Assembly (NCBI GenBank): GCA_963705245.1
Contig: OY970062.1
Location: 557,421-621,420, forward strand
Length of the DNA: 64,000 bases
Direction of reading: 5' to 3'
Origin: an uncultured Solirubrobacterales bacterium
GTDB lineage: Bacteria > Actinomycetota > Thermoleophilia > Solirubrobacterales > Solirubrobacteraceae
The position numbers and the translations under genes are program-made. The notes under the pieces were generated by a model. That model saw only the letters and a program-made list of their open reading frames with translations. It was not told the DNA's origin and did not search any database. Of the stretch, positions 45,165 to 56,092 are shown piece by piece (the first letter of the stretch is position 1; each line of letters opens with the position of its first letter).

Positions 45165-45246
45165 TCGCTCTCCCCGCCCTGCTCTCCGGCCCTGCTACCC
45201 CGTCCTGCTATCAGGACGTTGGCCGGGCAGGCGGCCCGGCAAACTT

Positions 45247-46230
45247 TCAAATAAGACCTTGGTCTTTGACGGTATCCCGCTCAACCGTGAGCTCGGCTAC
45301 CGAGGCGTCGACGCGGGCACGTGAGAACTCGTCGAGCTCCAGTCCCTGCACGATCGTGTACTCACCGCCCGAGCAGGTGCACGGAAACCCGCAAATGAGA
45401 CCCTCGGGGATTCCGTAGGAGCCATCGGAGGGAACCCCCATCGAGACCCACCCTCCGTCCGTGCCGGAGACCCAGTCGTTGACATGGTCAATTGCAGCGT
45501 TCGCCGCCGACGCTGCGCTGGAGGCGCCACGCGCCTCGATGATCGCCGCGCCGCGTTTACCGACGTTCGGCAGGAAGTCGTTCTCGAGCCATGCCTGATC
45601 GTCGACGACGCCTGCGGCCTGCTCGTCGCGAACCTTGGCATGGAACAGATCGGGATACATCGTCGGAGAGTGATTTCCCCATACGCCCATATGCGAGATA
45701 TCGCTCACCGGCGCTCCGATCTTCGCAGCCAGCTGCGCGACGGCTCGGTTATGGTCGAGACGCATCATCGAGGTGAACCGCTCACGGGGGATGTCAGGCG
45801 CGCTGGACATCGCGATCAGGCAGTTCGTGTTCGCCGGATTGCCGACGACCAGCACCTTCACCTGAGCGGCGGCATGCTCGTTCAGCGCGCGACCTTGGAC
45901 GGTGAAGATCTTGCCGTTCTCTGAGAGCAGCTCGGCGCGCTCCATGCCCTTGGTTCGCGGACGCGAGCCGACGAGCAACGCGATCTCGACACCGTCGAAC
46001 GCGTCGTTCGGGTCCTCGTGCAGATCAAGCCCTGCGAGCAGCGGAAACGCGCAGTCGACGATCTCCATCGCCACGCCCTCCAGCGCGCCCATCGCAGGCG
46101 GTATCTCCAGCAGCCGCAGATCGACGGGCTGGTCGGGGCCGAGCAGCTGCCCGGAGGCGATGCGAAACACGAGGCTGTATCCGATCTGCCCGGCGGCGCC
46201 GGTGACGGTTACTCGTACTGGTTTGCTCAC
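45247..46230 (-). CDS. mdh: Malate dehydrogenase (type 2)
   Basis: [34 protein letters not shown] and WGNHS; AGGAG SD before GTG 46230. Confidence 0.97.
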   Translation of the reverse strand: MSKPVRVTVTGAAGQIGYSLVFRIASGQLLGPDQPVDLRLLEIPPAMGALEGVAMEIVDCAFPLLAGLDLHEDPNDAFDGVEIALLVGSRPRTKGMERAELLSENGKIFTVQGRALNEHAAAQVKVLVVGNPANTNCLIAMSSAPDIPRERFTSMMRLDHNRAVAQLAAKIGAPVSDISHMGVWGNHSPTMYPDLFHAKVRDEQAAGVVDDQAWLENDFLPNVGKRGAAIIEARGASSAASAANAAIDHVNDWVSGTDGGWVSMGVPSDGSYGIPEGLICGFPCTCSGGEYTIVQGLELDEFSRARVDASVAELTVERDTVKDQGLI

Positions 46231-46288
46231 TGATTCATCTCCTGGCTGAGGTGGGTAACGATTTCGCTTTGGTCGGCGCGGCGCAGGC

Positions 46289-47506
46289 TCATGCCATCGC
46301 CCGCCTGAGGTTCTCGTCGATCGAGGCAAGGAGCTCCTGCGTCGTCTGCCACTCTTGATCCGGGCCGACAAGCAGTGCCAGGTCCTTCGTCATACGGCCG
46401 GACTCGACGGTCTCGATGCACACGCGCTCGAGCGTCTCGGCGAACTCGCTCAGCTCGGGCGTGCCGTCCATCCGCCCGCGCGCCGACAGCCCGCGCGTCC
46501 ACGCGAATATCGAGGCGATCGGGTTCGTGGAAGTGGGCTTGCCCTGCTGATGCAACCGGTAGTGACGCGTGACGGTCCCGTGCGCGGCCTCGGCCTCGAC
46601 CGTGCTGCCATCGGCGCTCATCAGCACGCTGGTCATCAGTCCGAGCGAGCCGAACCCCTGCGCGACCGTGTCCGATTGCACATCGCCGTCGTAGTTCTTG
46701 CAAGCCCACACGTAACCACCTTCCCACTTCAGCGCCGCGGCGACCATGTCGTCTATCAGTCGGTGTTCGTAGGTGAGCCCTGCGGACTCGAACTCGTCCT
46801 GGAACTCATCGGCGTAGACCTCGGCGAATAGATCCTTGAACCTGCCGTCATAGCGCTTGAGGATCGTGTTCTTGGTTGACAGATAAACCGGCAGCCCGTG
46901 GTCGAGGCCGTATCGCAGCGAGGCGCGAGCAAAGTCGCGGATCGAGGAGTCGAGGTTGTACATCGCCATCGCGATGCCCGGACCCGGGAAGTCATACACG
47001 TCGAGCTCGATCGGCTCGCTGCCATCCTTCGGCGTATAGGTGAGCGTGAGCGTCCCCTCGCCGGGAACGACGAGGTCGGTCGCGCGGTACTGGTCGGCGA
47101 ACGCATGACGGCCGATCACGATCGGCTTCGTCCAACCGGGTACCAGCCGCGGGATGTTGGAGATCACGATCGGCTCGCGAAATATGACCCCGCCGAGAAT
47201 GTTGCGGATCGTCCCGTTCGGCGAGCGATACATCTCGTGCAGTCCGAACTCCTGCACGCGCGCCTCGTCAGGGGTGATCGTCGCGCACTTGACGCCGACC
47301 CCATGCTGCTTGATCGCTTCGGCGGCTTGCACGGTGATCTGATCGCGGGTCGCGTCGCGGGACTCGATGCTCAAGTCGTAGCGCCGCAGATCGATGTCCA
47401 GGTAGGGAACGATCAGCTGGTCACGGATGAACGACCAGATGACGCGCGTCATCTCATCGCCGTCGAGCTCGACTACGGGGTTGCGCACCTTGATCTTGCT
47501 GGCCAT
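46289..47506 (-). CDS. icd: NADP-dependent isocitrate dehydrogenase
   Basis: [34 protein letters not shown] and [11 protein letters not shown]. Confidence 0.97.
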   Translation of the reverse strand: MASKIKVRNPVVELDGDEMTRVIWSFIRDQLIVPYLDIDLRRYDLSIESRDATRDQITVQAAEAIKQHGVGVKCATITPDEARVQEFGLHEMYRSPNGTIRNILGGVIFREPIVISNIPRLVPGWTKPIVIGRHAFADQYRATDLVVPGEGTLTLTYTPKDGSEPIELDVYDFPGPGIAMAMYNLDSSIRDFARASLRYGLDHGLPVYLSTKNTILKRYDGRFKDLFAEVYADEFQDEFESAGLTYEHRLIDDMVAAALKWEGGYVWACKNYDGDVQSDTVAQGFGSLGLMTSVLMSADGSTVEAEAAHGTVTRHYRLHQQGKPTSTNPIASIFAWTRGLSARGRMDGTPELSEFAETLERVCIETVESGRMTKDLALLVGPDQEWQTTQELLASIDENLRRAMA

Positions 47507-47708
47507 GGGTCGGTCCTTGCGGGAGATGGAAAGGGTTCGCCGGGGCGGCGATGCTATCTGGCGGGGAGATTTGGTGGGTAAGCCGATAGCCGGCTCTGTC
47601 ATCGGTTGCTGTTGGCGCCGCTTACCACACCGGTTGGCGTCGCGGGAGCGGGACGACGGCTCGGAGCAGCCCGGCGGGGAGGTGATGACATCTGCTTCAC
47701 TGTCATCC

Positions 47709-49454
47709 ATGGCCACGATGCCGAGGACAGCGACGGAGCTGAGAGGCGGCGCGCCGTGGCATACGCATGAGGTCTTCAACCAAGCGCCGCCGTTGGAAGG
47801 GCGCGACGTGTTCGGCGATAACACGCCTCTCGTCGAGGCCACCGAGCGCGAGGGCGCATCCTGGGTGCTCGAGCGCGCGAGCGAGCTGGGCGAGCTGATC
47901 GGCGGCGAGCCTCAGCAGGTTTGGGGTCGGCTCGCGAACGAGAACAAGCCTGTGCTGCGCACGCACGATCGCTACGGCCACCGCATCGACGAGGTCGAGT
48001 TTCATCCCGCTTGGCATCAGCTGATGAAACTGGGTGTCGAGCACGAGCTGCACGCCCTGCCCTGGCGTGAGCAGAACCGACCCGCTGCGCACGTCGCGCG
48101 GGCGGCTATGTACATGACGGCGATGCAGGCCGAGGCGGGGTATGCCTGCCCGATCACGATGACGTTCGCGGTCGTGCCCGCGCTGCGCGCCCAGCCCGAG
48201 CTCGCGGCCGAGTGGGAGCCGTTGGTGACAGCGACCACATATGACCCGCGGTCGATCCCCGCGGCGGAAAAGGGCTCGGCGATCGCGGGCATGGCGATGA
48301 CCGAGAAGCAGGGCGGCTCGGATGTGCGCGCGAACACGACCGTCGCCCGCCCATGCAACGGCGGCGGCGCGGGCGCGGAGTATGAGATCACCGGCCACAA
48401 GTGGTTCTGCTCGGCGCCGATGTCCGACATCTTCCTCGTGCTCGCCCAGGCGAAGTCCTCGGGCGGCGAGGACGAGGGGCTGTCATGCTTCTTGATGCCG
48501 CGCGTGCTGCCTGACGGCTCGCGCAACGCGATGCACATCCAGCGCCTGAAGGACAAGCTCGGCAACCACTCCAACGCGTCCAGCGAGATCGAGCTGCACG
48601 GCGCGTGGGCGCGCATGGTCGGCGAGCCGGGCAGGGGCGTGCCGACGATCATCGAGATGGTCGGCCACACGCGCCTGGACTGCGTGATCGGCGCCGCGGC
48701 GGGCATGCGCGCGGCGGTGGTCAACGCCACCCACCATGCGGCGCATCGCTCGGCGTTCGGCAAGCGGCTGATCGACCAGCCGTTGATGCGCAACGTGCTC
48801 GCGGACCTGTGCTTGGAGGCCGAGGCGAGCACCGCCCTGGCGATGCGCCTCGCGCGCGCATACGACGAGGCGGCTGTCGACGTAGAAATAGGTGCCCACC
48901 CGCCCGAGGACTCAAGTGACGAGCAGCTGTTCAAGCGCCTGGCGACAGCGGTCGGCAAGTACTGGGCGTGCAAGCGCGCCCCGAACCACGCGTTCGAGGC
49001 GATGGAGTGCCTCGGCGGCGCGGGCTATGTCGAGGAGTCGGGGATGCCCCGGCTGTATCGCGAGGCGCCGTTGGCCTCGATCTGGGAGGGCTCGGGAAAC
49101 GTGATCAGCCTCGACGTCCTGCGCGCGCTCGTGCGGACGCCACGCTCACTGGAGGTCTTTCTCGCAGAGGTGAAGCAGGCCGAGGGCGCCGACTCTCGTC
49201 TGGACGCTCGCGTACGCGAGCTGGAGTCCCAGTTCAAGGATCCGACGACGCTGGAGCAGCGCGCGCGGCGAGTGGTCGAAAGCATGGCGCTGTGCTTGCA
49301 GGGCTCGCTGCTCGTACGCCACGGTCCGCCTGCTGTCGCAGACGCCTTCTGCGCTGCGCGCTTGACAGGGGAGGGCGGTCTGGAGTACGGGACGTTGCCG
49401 GCTGGTACGGACTTCGAGACGATCATCGCGCGCGGGCGCCCTGAGACCGCCTGA
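47709..49454 (+). CDS. aidB: AidB-like acyl-CoA dehydrogenase
   Basis: [44 protein letters not shown] and IWEGSGN. Confidence 0.88.
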   Translation: MATMPRTATELRGGAPWHTHEVFNQAPPLEGRDVFGDNTPLVEATEREGASWVLERASELGELIGGEPQQVWGRLANENKPVLRTHDRYGHRIDEVEFHPAWHQLMKLGVEHELHALPWREQNRPAAHVARAAMYMTAMQAEAGYACPITMTFAVVPALRAQPELAAEWEPLVTATTYDPRSIPAAEKGSAIAGMAMTEKQGGSDVRANTTVARPCNGGGAGAEYEITGHKWFCSAPMSDIFLVLAQAKSSGGEDEGLSCFLMPRVLPDGSRNAMHIQRLKDKLGNHSNASSEIELHGAWARMVGEPGRGVPTIIEMVGHTRLDCVIGAAAGMRAAVVNATHHAAHRSAFGKRLIDQPLMRNVLADLCLEAEASTALAMRLARAYDEAAVDVEIGAHPPEDSSDEQLFKRLATAVGKYWACKRAPNHAFEAMECLGGAGYVEESGMPRLYREAPLASIWEGSGNVISLDVLRALVRTPRSLEVFLAEVKQAEGADSRLDARVRELESQFKDPTTLEQRARRVVESMALCLQGSLLVRHGPPAVADAFCAARLTGEGGLEYGTLPAGTDFETIIARGRPETA

Positions 49455-49499
49455 CGCTCCGACGGGGTGAAGCGCGGCCACAGCCCTACCATTGAAGGC

Positions 49500-50648
49500 A
49501 TGGCGCCGCGCACGAACTTCCAGCTCGCCCGCGTATTCGGGATCAGGATCGGCGTGGGCATCAGCTGGTTCGTCGTGCTGTTTCTGTTCGTGATCGTGTT
49601 CACGCCTTACTTTCACGAAGTGCTCGGGGGCTCGCACACGACCGCGTACCTGGTTGCAGTCGCGGTCGTGCTGTCGTTCTTCGTGTCGGTGATCCTGCAC
49701 GAGCTCGGGCACGCCCTCGTCGCGCGACGAAACGGCCTGTCGGTGGCTGGGATCGACCTGTGGGCGTTCGGCGGGCTGACGCGCATGCGCGAGCTGCCAC
49801 GCACGCCCGGATCGCAGCTTCAGGTGGCGATCGCCGGGCCGGCGGTGACGTTCGCGGTAATCGTCTTCGCCACCGTGGCCGCCCATCTGGCGGTCCCGAG
49901 CGGTCATTTCACCGAAGTGGCGACCGGTGGGAGCAGTGTGCAAGCGACGCCGGTGTTCGTATGGCTCAGCTGGCTGGCGACAGTCAACCTGTTCGTGCTC
50001 CTGTTCAACCTGATCCCCGCCTTTCCACTCGACGGCGGCCAGATCGCCCAGGCGCTGATCTGGTGGCGCACCGGCGACCGTAATCGCGCGACCCGCTGGA
50101 CGGGTCGTGCCGGCCAGGGGTTCGCGCTCGCGCTGGGGGCTCTCGGACTGGCCGGGCTGGCGTACGGCGACTCGTTCGGGGTGTTCACGATGGTGCTCGC
50201 GTTCATCCTCTACCAGGCGGCGAGCGGCGCGGTGGCACAAGGGACGTTCGGGCAGAGCATCCAGGGCGTGACGGTCGCCGACATCATGGATCGCGAGCCC
50301 GTGACGATCCCCGCGGGGCTCAGCTTGCTCGACGCTCAAGAGCAGTTCTTCCTGCGCTATCGCTGGCCGTGGTTCGCGGTGGTCGACCCGGCGCGCCATT
50401 TCCTGGGAGTAGTGCGCGAGCAGCGCGTGGACGCAGAGATCGAGGCCGGACGACCGGCGCTGCCGGTGGTGGACGTGCTCGAGGAGGACCTGCCGGTGCG
50501 GATCACCGAGGATCAGCCGGTGGAATCGTTGCTGCGCAGCGAGGGATTGGGGCGCCTGGGCGCGATGGTCGCCGTCGACGATCAAGGTGTGCTGCAGGGG
50601 GTTGTGACCGTCGGACAGCTGCGCAAGGCGCTGCGCCCGGCCACGTAG
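49500..50648 (+). CDS. Site-2 protease (M50) with CBS domains
   Basis: HELGH, AGP, FNLIPAFPLDGG and a C-terminal CBS pair; TACCAT 7 nt upstream of the ATG. Confidence 0.92.
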   Translation: MAPRTNFQLARVFGIRIGVGISWFVVLFLFVIVFTPYFHEVLGGSHTTAYLVAVAVVLSFFVSVILHELGHALVARRNGLSVAGIDLWAFGGLTRMRELPRTPGSQLQVAIAGPAVTFAVIVFATVAAHLAVPSGHFTEVATGGSSVQATPVFVWLSWLATVNLFVLLFNLIPAFPLDGGQIAQALIWWRTGDRNRATRWTGRAGQGFALALGALGLAGLAYGDSFGVFTMVLAFILYQAASGAVAQGTFGQSIQGVTVADIMDREPVTIPAGLSLLDAQEQFFLRYRWPWFAVVDPARHFLGVVREQRVDAEIEAGRPALPVVDVLEEDLPVRITEDQPVESLLRSEGLGRLGAMVAVDDQGVLQGVVTVGQLRKALRPAT

Positions 50649-50715
50649 GCAAACCGCGAACACGGGCGTGTGAGAGTAAGCCGATCGAAGCGGCCGGACG
50701 ATCCCTGGCCTGGGG

Positions 50716-50782
50716 CTTTCAAAGCTAAAGGCTTTTGGTTTAAAAGCGTTTGGAGCTTCTAAAACGCACTTGCAAAGCCGAT
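50716..50782. repeat. AT-rich direct repeat, copy downstream of the fic gene
   Basis: 67 bp; 56 of 68 aligned positions match 51960-52027. Confidence 0.88.
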
Positions 50783-50792
50783 GGGATCCGAG

Positions 50793-51950
50793 TTAGACCT
50801 CGTCGTGACCTCGAAGCGCTGCCAGAAGCTCGGCCGCGAGGAACAGCTTTCCCCACTTGCGTCCAGAGACCTCAACGAGAACGTCATCTCTGATGAGGTC
50901 GGAAATCGCAGCCCGCGCCGTGGGGTCGCTCACGCCGAGTCGCTCAGCGGCCTCCTTCGCGGTGATGTAAGGGTTCTCAAACAGGCGATCAAGCAACCGG
51001 ACCGCAGTTGGCCTCGCTTTCGAAGCCACGAGCACAGCTCTGCAGCGCTCGCGGAGTCCAAGCAGCCGCTGCGCGTCCTCACCTGCCTCGACGGCTTGGT
51101 TGCGCACCCCCTCCAGGAAGTAGCGCACCCAGGAGTCCCAGTCGCCGTGGGTGCTCACGCGCAACAAGAGGTCGTAGTAGTCGCTGCGAGTGCGCTCGAA
51201 ATAGGCGGAGAGATAGAGCAGCGGCTGTGGCAGCAGGCCCCGCTCGCACAGAAACATCGATACGAGCAGGCGACCAACTCGACCGTTGCCGTCTCGAAAA
51301 GGATGAATCGCCTCGAACTGATAGTGCACAAGCGCGATCTGAACCAGCGGTGGCAGCGTCTGATCGTGGAGGAACCGCTCGAGGTCGTGGAGCCCCCGCT
51401 GCATCTCCGGCAGTGGCGGGGGCACGTACGTCGCATCTGCGATCGTCGCTCCGGGAGGGGCAATGAAGTTCTGGCTCCTGCGAAACCGCCCGGGCGTCTG
51501 GTCGGCACCGCGGACTCCCCGCATCAGGTGCTCATGCAGCTCACGGATCAGCCGCAGACTGAGAGGGAGCTCGGAGATGCGGCGCAGACCAAACTCATGT
51601 GCCCCCACGTAGTTCTGAACCTCGCGGACATCCGTCGTGGCGCCGAAGAGCTGCGTCTGCCCGGCCTCCGCCGCGTAGACGTCGGCAATCGTGCTCTGCG
51701 TTCCCTCGATACGAGAACTGAGCACTGCCTCGCGCCGCAGATATGGAGAGACGAGAAGATGTGGATTCGGTAGCAGGCGACCGACACCGCTGAGCATGCC
51801 GAGCGCGTTCGAGGCTTGGTCAAGCAGGCGCACGGCAGCGGGGGAGATCTCGAACGTTGGCTGCAACGGCGCCGGCACGAACGCGACGGTCCCTCCCGCA
51901 GTCGGGACCAGTTGTCCGGGCGCATGCTCTGTGAATTGATCCCGCTTCAT
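50793..51950 (-). CDS. Fic-domain protein (AMPylase motif) with inhibitory helix and C-terminal winged helix
   Basis: HPFRDGNGRVGR, SSRIEG and PYITAKEAAERLGVSDPTARAAISDL. Confidence 0.93.
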   Translation of the reverse strand: MKRDQFTEHAPGQLVPTAGGTVAFVPAPLQPTFEISPAAVRLLDQASNALGMLSGVGRLLPNPHLLVSPYLRREAVLSSRIEGTQSTIADVYAAEAGQTQLFGATTDVREVQNYVGAHEFGLRRISELPLSLRLIRELHEHLMRGVRGADQTPGRFRRSQNFIAPPGATIADATYVPPPLPEMQRGLHDLERFLHDQTLPPLVQIALVHYQFEAIHPFRDGNGRVGRLLVSMFLCERGLLPQPLLYLSAYFERTRSDYYDLLLRVSTHGDWDSWVRYFLEGVRNQAVEAGEDAQRLLGLRERCRAVLVASKARPTAVRLLDRLFENPYITAKEAAERLGVSDPTARAAISDLIRDDVLVEVSGRKWGKLFLAAELLAALRGHDEV

Positions 51951-51959
51951 GGACCCAGT

Positions 51960-52027
51960 CTTTCAAAGTCAAGGGACGTTTTGTTTTAAAGCACTTGCAG
52001 CTTCTAAAGCGCACTTGCAAACCCGAT
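51960..52027. repeat. AT-rich direct repeat, copy upstream of the fic gene (promoter region)
   Basis: 68 bp; contains GCACTTGCA twice, 20 bp apart. Confidence 0.88.
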
Positions 52028-52244
52028 CTCCCAGGAGAGGCGCGGCAGCGGATATTTGAGGTCGGTGATGCCTGCCGAGTCGAGCCCGTCGAGCCCCAGG
52101 GCCACGTGGACGAACCCACGAACGCCCGGAGCTTGAGACTTCCCTGACGGGAGCGAGCCGCCTCGGGAGATTCGTCCTTATAGAGTCCCACCGGCAATCG
52201 ATCGCAACTATGCATCCGACGACGACACGACAGCACAGGGAGCC

Positions 52245-53945
52245 ATGCCAGCACACGACGTTTTGATCATCGGAGCCGGCCTCGCCGGGCAGCGCGCGGC
52301 GCTGGCCGCCGCCCAGGAGGGCGCGAGCGTCGCGATCATGAGCAAGGTCCATCCCGTGCGCTCGCACTCGGTGGCCGCCGCAGGCGGGATCAACGCGGCG
52401 ATCAACGTCGCCGACGACTGGCGCTCCCATGCTTATGACACGGTCAAGGGCTCGGACTTCCTAGGCGATCAGGACGCGATCGAGATCATGTGCTCAGAGG
52501 CGCCTCATGAGGTTATGCACCTCGAGCACATCGGCGTCACGTTCCACCGCAACGAGCGGGGCGAGCTGGATCTGCGCGCGTTCGGTGGAGCCTCGATGAA
52601 GCGCACCGCCTACGTGGCGGACATCACCGGCCAGGCGATCCTGCACGTGCTGTATGAGCAGTTGATGAAGCACCATGAAACGGTCGACCGTTACGAGGAG
52701 TGGTTCACGACCTCGCTCGTCCAGGATGAGCAGGGCGAGTGCTGCGGCGTGATCGCCCGGGACGTGCGCAGCGGCCAGATGGAGACCTTCCACGCCAAGA
52801 ACGTGATCCTCGCGTGCGGCGGGGCGGGGCAGGTGTACAGCCCGACGACCAACGCGCTGATCGTGACCGGGGACGGCATCGCCCAGGCCTACCGGATCGG
52901 CGCGCCGCTGATGGACATGGAGATGGTCCAGTACCACCCGACGACACTGGTGGAGAACGGGCTGCTGATAACCGAGGGCGCGCGCGGTGAGGGCGCGGTG
53001 CTGCTGAACTCCCAGGGCGAGCGGTTCATGGAGAAATACGCCCCCAACAAGATGGAGCTGGCCTCGCGTGACGTCGTCTCCCGCGCCGAGCAGACCGAGA
53101 TCCTCGAGGGTCGCGGCGTCGGGTCCAACGGCGAAGGCATCTACCTGGACATCACAAAGGTCCCGCGCAAGCGCACGTTGGAGGCATTGCGCGAGATCGT
53201 GAACATCGGCAAAGACTTCGCCGGCGTGGACATCACACGTGAGCCGATCATGATCCGGCCGGGGCAGCACTACATCATGGGCGGCGTGAAGACCGACATC
53301 TATGGCGCCACCTCGGTGCAGGGGCTGTACGCGGCCGGCGAGGTCGCCTGCGTGTCCGTGCACGGCGGCAACCGTCTGGGGGCCAACTCGCTGCTGGACA
53401 CGCTGATCTTCGGTCGCCGTGCGGGCGAGCATGCAGCCAACCGCGCACAGACGATGGCGATGCCCAACGTCAGCGACGCGCGGCTGCGCGAGGACGTGGC
53501 GATGATCGATGCGATCGTGGCACGCGAGCGCGGAGCCGGCAGGCGCGTGTCGGAGATCAAGCAGGAGCTCGGCTCCACGATGAACCAGCACGTCGCGGTC
53601 TACCGTGACGAGGCCGGCCTGCAGCAGGCGCACGAGATCGTGATGCGTCTGAAAGAGGAGGCCGAGAGCGCCTATATCGACGATCGCGGGACTGTGTTCA
53701 ACCAGGACGTGCTCGGGGCGATCGAGCTCGGCTATATGCTCGACTGCGCCGAGGCGACCGTGCTTGGGGCGATCGAGCGCAAGGAGTCACGCGGTGCGCA
53801 GTTCCGGACCGACTACCCCGAGCGCAACGACGAGGAGTGGCTCAAGCACATCGATGTCTCGCTGAACGGAGACGGGACCGGGGCGCAAATCAGTTACTCG
53901 CCGGTCACGATCACCCAGTGGCAGCCAGAGGAGAGGAAGTACTAG
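52245..53945 (+). CDS. sdhA: Succinate dehydrogenase/fumarate reductase flavoprotein
   Basis: IIGAGLAG, RSHSVAAAGG, QYHPT, ELASRDVV, HYIMGG, HGGNRLGANSL and ESRGAQ. Confidence 0.95.
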   Translation: MPAHDVLIIGAGLAGQRAALAAAQEGASVAIMSKVHPVRSHSVAAAGGINAAINVADDWRSHAYDTVKGSDFLGDQDAIEIMCSEAPHEVMHLEHIGVTFHRNERGELDLRAFGGASMKRTAYVADITGQAILHVLYEQLMKHHETVDRYEEWFTTSLVQDEQGECCGVIARDVRSGQMETFHAKNVILACGGAGQVYSPTTNALIVTGDGIAQAYRIGAPLMDMEMVQYHPTTLVENGLLITEGARGEGAVLLNSQGERFMEKYAPNKMELASRDVVSRAEQTEILEGRGVGSNGEGIYLDITKVPRKRTLEALREIVNIGKDFAGVDITREPIMIRPGQHYIMGGVKTDIYGATSVQGLYAAGEVACVSVHGGNRLGANSLLDTLIFGRRAGEHAANRAQTMAMPNVSDARLREDVAMIDAIVARERGAGRRVSEIKQELGSTMNQHVAVYRDEAGLQQAHEIVMRLKEEAESAYIDDRGTVFNQDVLGAIELGYMLDCAEATVLGAIERKESRGAQFRTDYPERNDEEWLKHIDVSLNGDGTGAQISYSPVTITQWQPEERKY

Positions 53946-53947
53946 TC

Positions 53948-55153
53948 ATGGCCGAAACGCACAAGCCGCCGGAGACGTTCAAGCTGCGCATGCGCCGCTA
54001 TGACCCCGAGTCGGGCGAGGCGCCCTACTGGGACGAGCACACCGTGGAGCTCGAGCCCCACCGCTCGGTGCTGGAGGGCATCCTGCAGGCCAAGGCCAAG
54101 TTCGACGGCTCGATCGGGATTCGCTGCTCCTGTCGCGCCGCCATCTGCGGCTCGTGCGGCGTGCGTGTCAACGGCGAACCGGGCCTTGCCTGTCATACGC
54201 ACCTCGACCACGCGCGCGAGTCCTCGACCGACGGCGTGATCGAGATCGAGCCGATGGGCAACATGCCGGTGATCAAGGACCTGATCGTCGACATGGACGC
54301 GGTCCACTGGAAGAAGGTCCAGCGGGTCTCACCATGGCTGATCGCCAAGCAGCCGGTGCCGGAGCGCGAGTACATCGTTCCGAAAGAGAGCATGACCGAC
54401 ATCACCCAGTCGATGGCCTGCATCCAGTGCGGGGCATGCGTATCGGACTGCCTGGCGATGGAGGTCGACCCGGGCTTCATCGGACCTGCCGCGCTCGCCA
54501 AGGCCTACCGGTTCGTCGGCGACCCGCGCGACGATCAGCAGGACATCCGTCTGCGCGATCTGGCCGAAGACCCGCAAGGGATCTATGACTGCACGCACTG
54601 CTTCAAGTGTGTCGAGGCCTGCCCGAAGGACGTCAACCCGATGGGTCAGATCATGCGCTTGCGCAGGATCGCCGGCTCTGACCAGCACATCGTCGATCGC
54701 AACAACGGCGAGCGCCACGAGCAGGCGCTGACGACGTTGATCCGCGACTACGGGCTGCTGCACGAGGCCGAGCTGTTGCCGCGCTCCTACGGCGGGAACT
54801 CGTGGTTCGGCAAGTTTCATCCCGCCGCAGGCAAAGAGCTGCTCAGCTCGCTGCCGACTGTCATCAAAGGCGTGTTGCGCCGCAAAGTCAACCCGAAGAT
54901 CGCGATCTTCGGGCACAAGATCCCCAAGAACGACTTGAAGGCCGTGCAGGCCATATACGACAAGGTCGAGAGCCGCCCGGAGCGGTATGAGCTGAACCTG
55001 TATGTGACCGGCTATGACGAGGACGACGCCGATCCGGTACCGGTCGGCATAGCGGCAAGCGGCGGCGATCCGACGGATGGCGGCTCGGTGGACACGACGA
55101 CACAGACGGACGGCCCTCCGGCGCCGTCCGCCGGCGAAGGGAGCGCAGCATGA
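53948..55153 (+). CDS. sdhB: Succinate dehydrogenase/fumarate reductase iron-sulfur subunit with C-terminal extension
   Basis: SCRAAICGSC, CIQCGACVSDC and CTHCFKCVEACP. Confidence 0.93.
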   Translation: MAETHKPPETFKLRMRRYDPESGEAPYWDEHTVELEPHRSVLEGILQAKAKFDGSIGIRCSCRAAICGSCGVRVNGEPGLACHTHLDHARESSTDGVIEIEPMGNMPVIKDLIVDMDAVHWKKVQRVSPWLIAKQPVPEREYIVPKESMTDITQSMACIQCGACVSDCLAMEVDPGFIGPAALAKAYRFVGDPRDDQQDIRLRDLAEDPQGIYDCTHCFKCVEACPKDVNPMGQIMRLRRIAGSDQHIVDRNNGERHEQALTTLIRDYGLLHEAELLPRSYGGNSWFGKFHPAAGKELLSSLPTVIKGVLRRKVNPKIAIFGHKIPKNDLKAVQAIYDKVESRPERYELNLYVTGYDEDDADPVPVGIAASGGDPTDGGSVDTTTQTDGPPAPSAGEGSAA

Positions 55154-56064
55154 AGGTCGCCTACTGGCCCGGATGCGTCAGCCGCGGGTTCACTCCCGAG
55201 CTGCACGGCTCGATGGCGCAGGTTGCCCCGCTGCTGGACATCGAGCTGGTCGAGCTGAACCGCGCCAACTGCACTGGCTGCGGGGTGATCGCCGAGCACA
55301 ACCAGGAGCTGGCGGACACGCTCAACGCGCGCACGTTCGCGCTCGCCCAGCAGGTGGAGGGCGCGGAGCTGATGATGAACATCTGTTCCACCTGTCAGGG
55401 CGCCCAGGGCGAGTGCCAGGAACGGTTGGACGCGAACGCCGAGTACCGCGCGCACGTCAACGAGACACTGGCCGGCGAGGGGCTCAGTTATGAAAAGGAT
55501 CCCGCCCACCCCTTCACGAACAAGAACTTCCTGTGGCTGCTCGTCGAGGAGATCGGCTTGGACGAGCTGCGCTCCCGAGTGAAGCGCCCCCTCACGAACC
55601 TCAAAGTGGGGCCGTTCTACGGCTGCTACATCGTGCGCCCCCGCGCCCGGCTGGGCATCGACGCAGAGCACCCGCGCGATCACTACTTGCACCAAGTGAT
55701 CGAGGCGCTCGGTGGCACCGTGATCGAGTACGCCGGGATGCGCAAGTGCTGCGGGTTCCCGGTCATCACGATGAACAAGGAGGCTTCGCTCAAGCAGGCC
55801 GGACGCCATCTCGGCGACGCGGTCGACGCGGAGGCCGACTGCCTGGTGACGCCGTGTCCGCTATGCCATCTGAACCTCGATTTCCAGCAGCCGATCGCCG
55901 AAGGCGTGGTCGGGCGGGAGCTGAACATGCCGGTCCTGCACCTGCCCCAGCTCGTCGGGCTCGCGCTCGGCCTGGAGCCCAAGGAGCTTGGCCTGCAGCG
56001 CCACGTCGTGCGACCCACGTCGGTGATCGACTGGTCGACGTCAGTGGTGGGCGCAGCGGCGTAG
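55150..56064 (+). CDS. HdrB-like CCG-domain subunit
   Basis: YWPGC...NCTGC...ICSTC and FYGC...KCCG...TPCPLC; ATGA overlap with sdhB. Confidence 0.9.
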   Translation: MKVAYWPGCVSRGFTPELHGSMAQVAPLLDIELVELNRANCTGCGVIAEHNQELADTLNARTFALAQQVEGAELMMNICSTCQGAQGECQERLDANAEYRAHVNETLAGEGLSYEKDPAHPFTNKNFLWLLVEEIGLDELRSRVKRPLTNLKVGPFYGCYIVRPRARLGIDAEHPRDHYLHQVIEALGGTVIEYAGMRKCCGFPVITMNKEASLKQAGRHLGDAVDAEADCLVTPCPLCHLNLDFQQPIAEGVVGRELNMPVLHLPQLVGLALGLEPKELGLQRHVVRPTSVIDWSTSVVGAAA

Positions 56065-56092
56065 ACTTCGGTTACCCCCTAAAGGAGCCGCC

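Noticed and set aside
50716-52027. Fic flanking repeats as dif/pdif, attC or IS terminal repeats
   Set aside because: No 11-6-11 XerC/D pattern, no RYYYAAC/GTTRRRY ends, direct rather than inverted orientation, and no transposase; kept only as unexplained repeats
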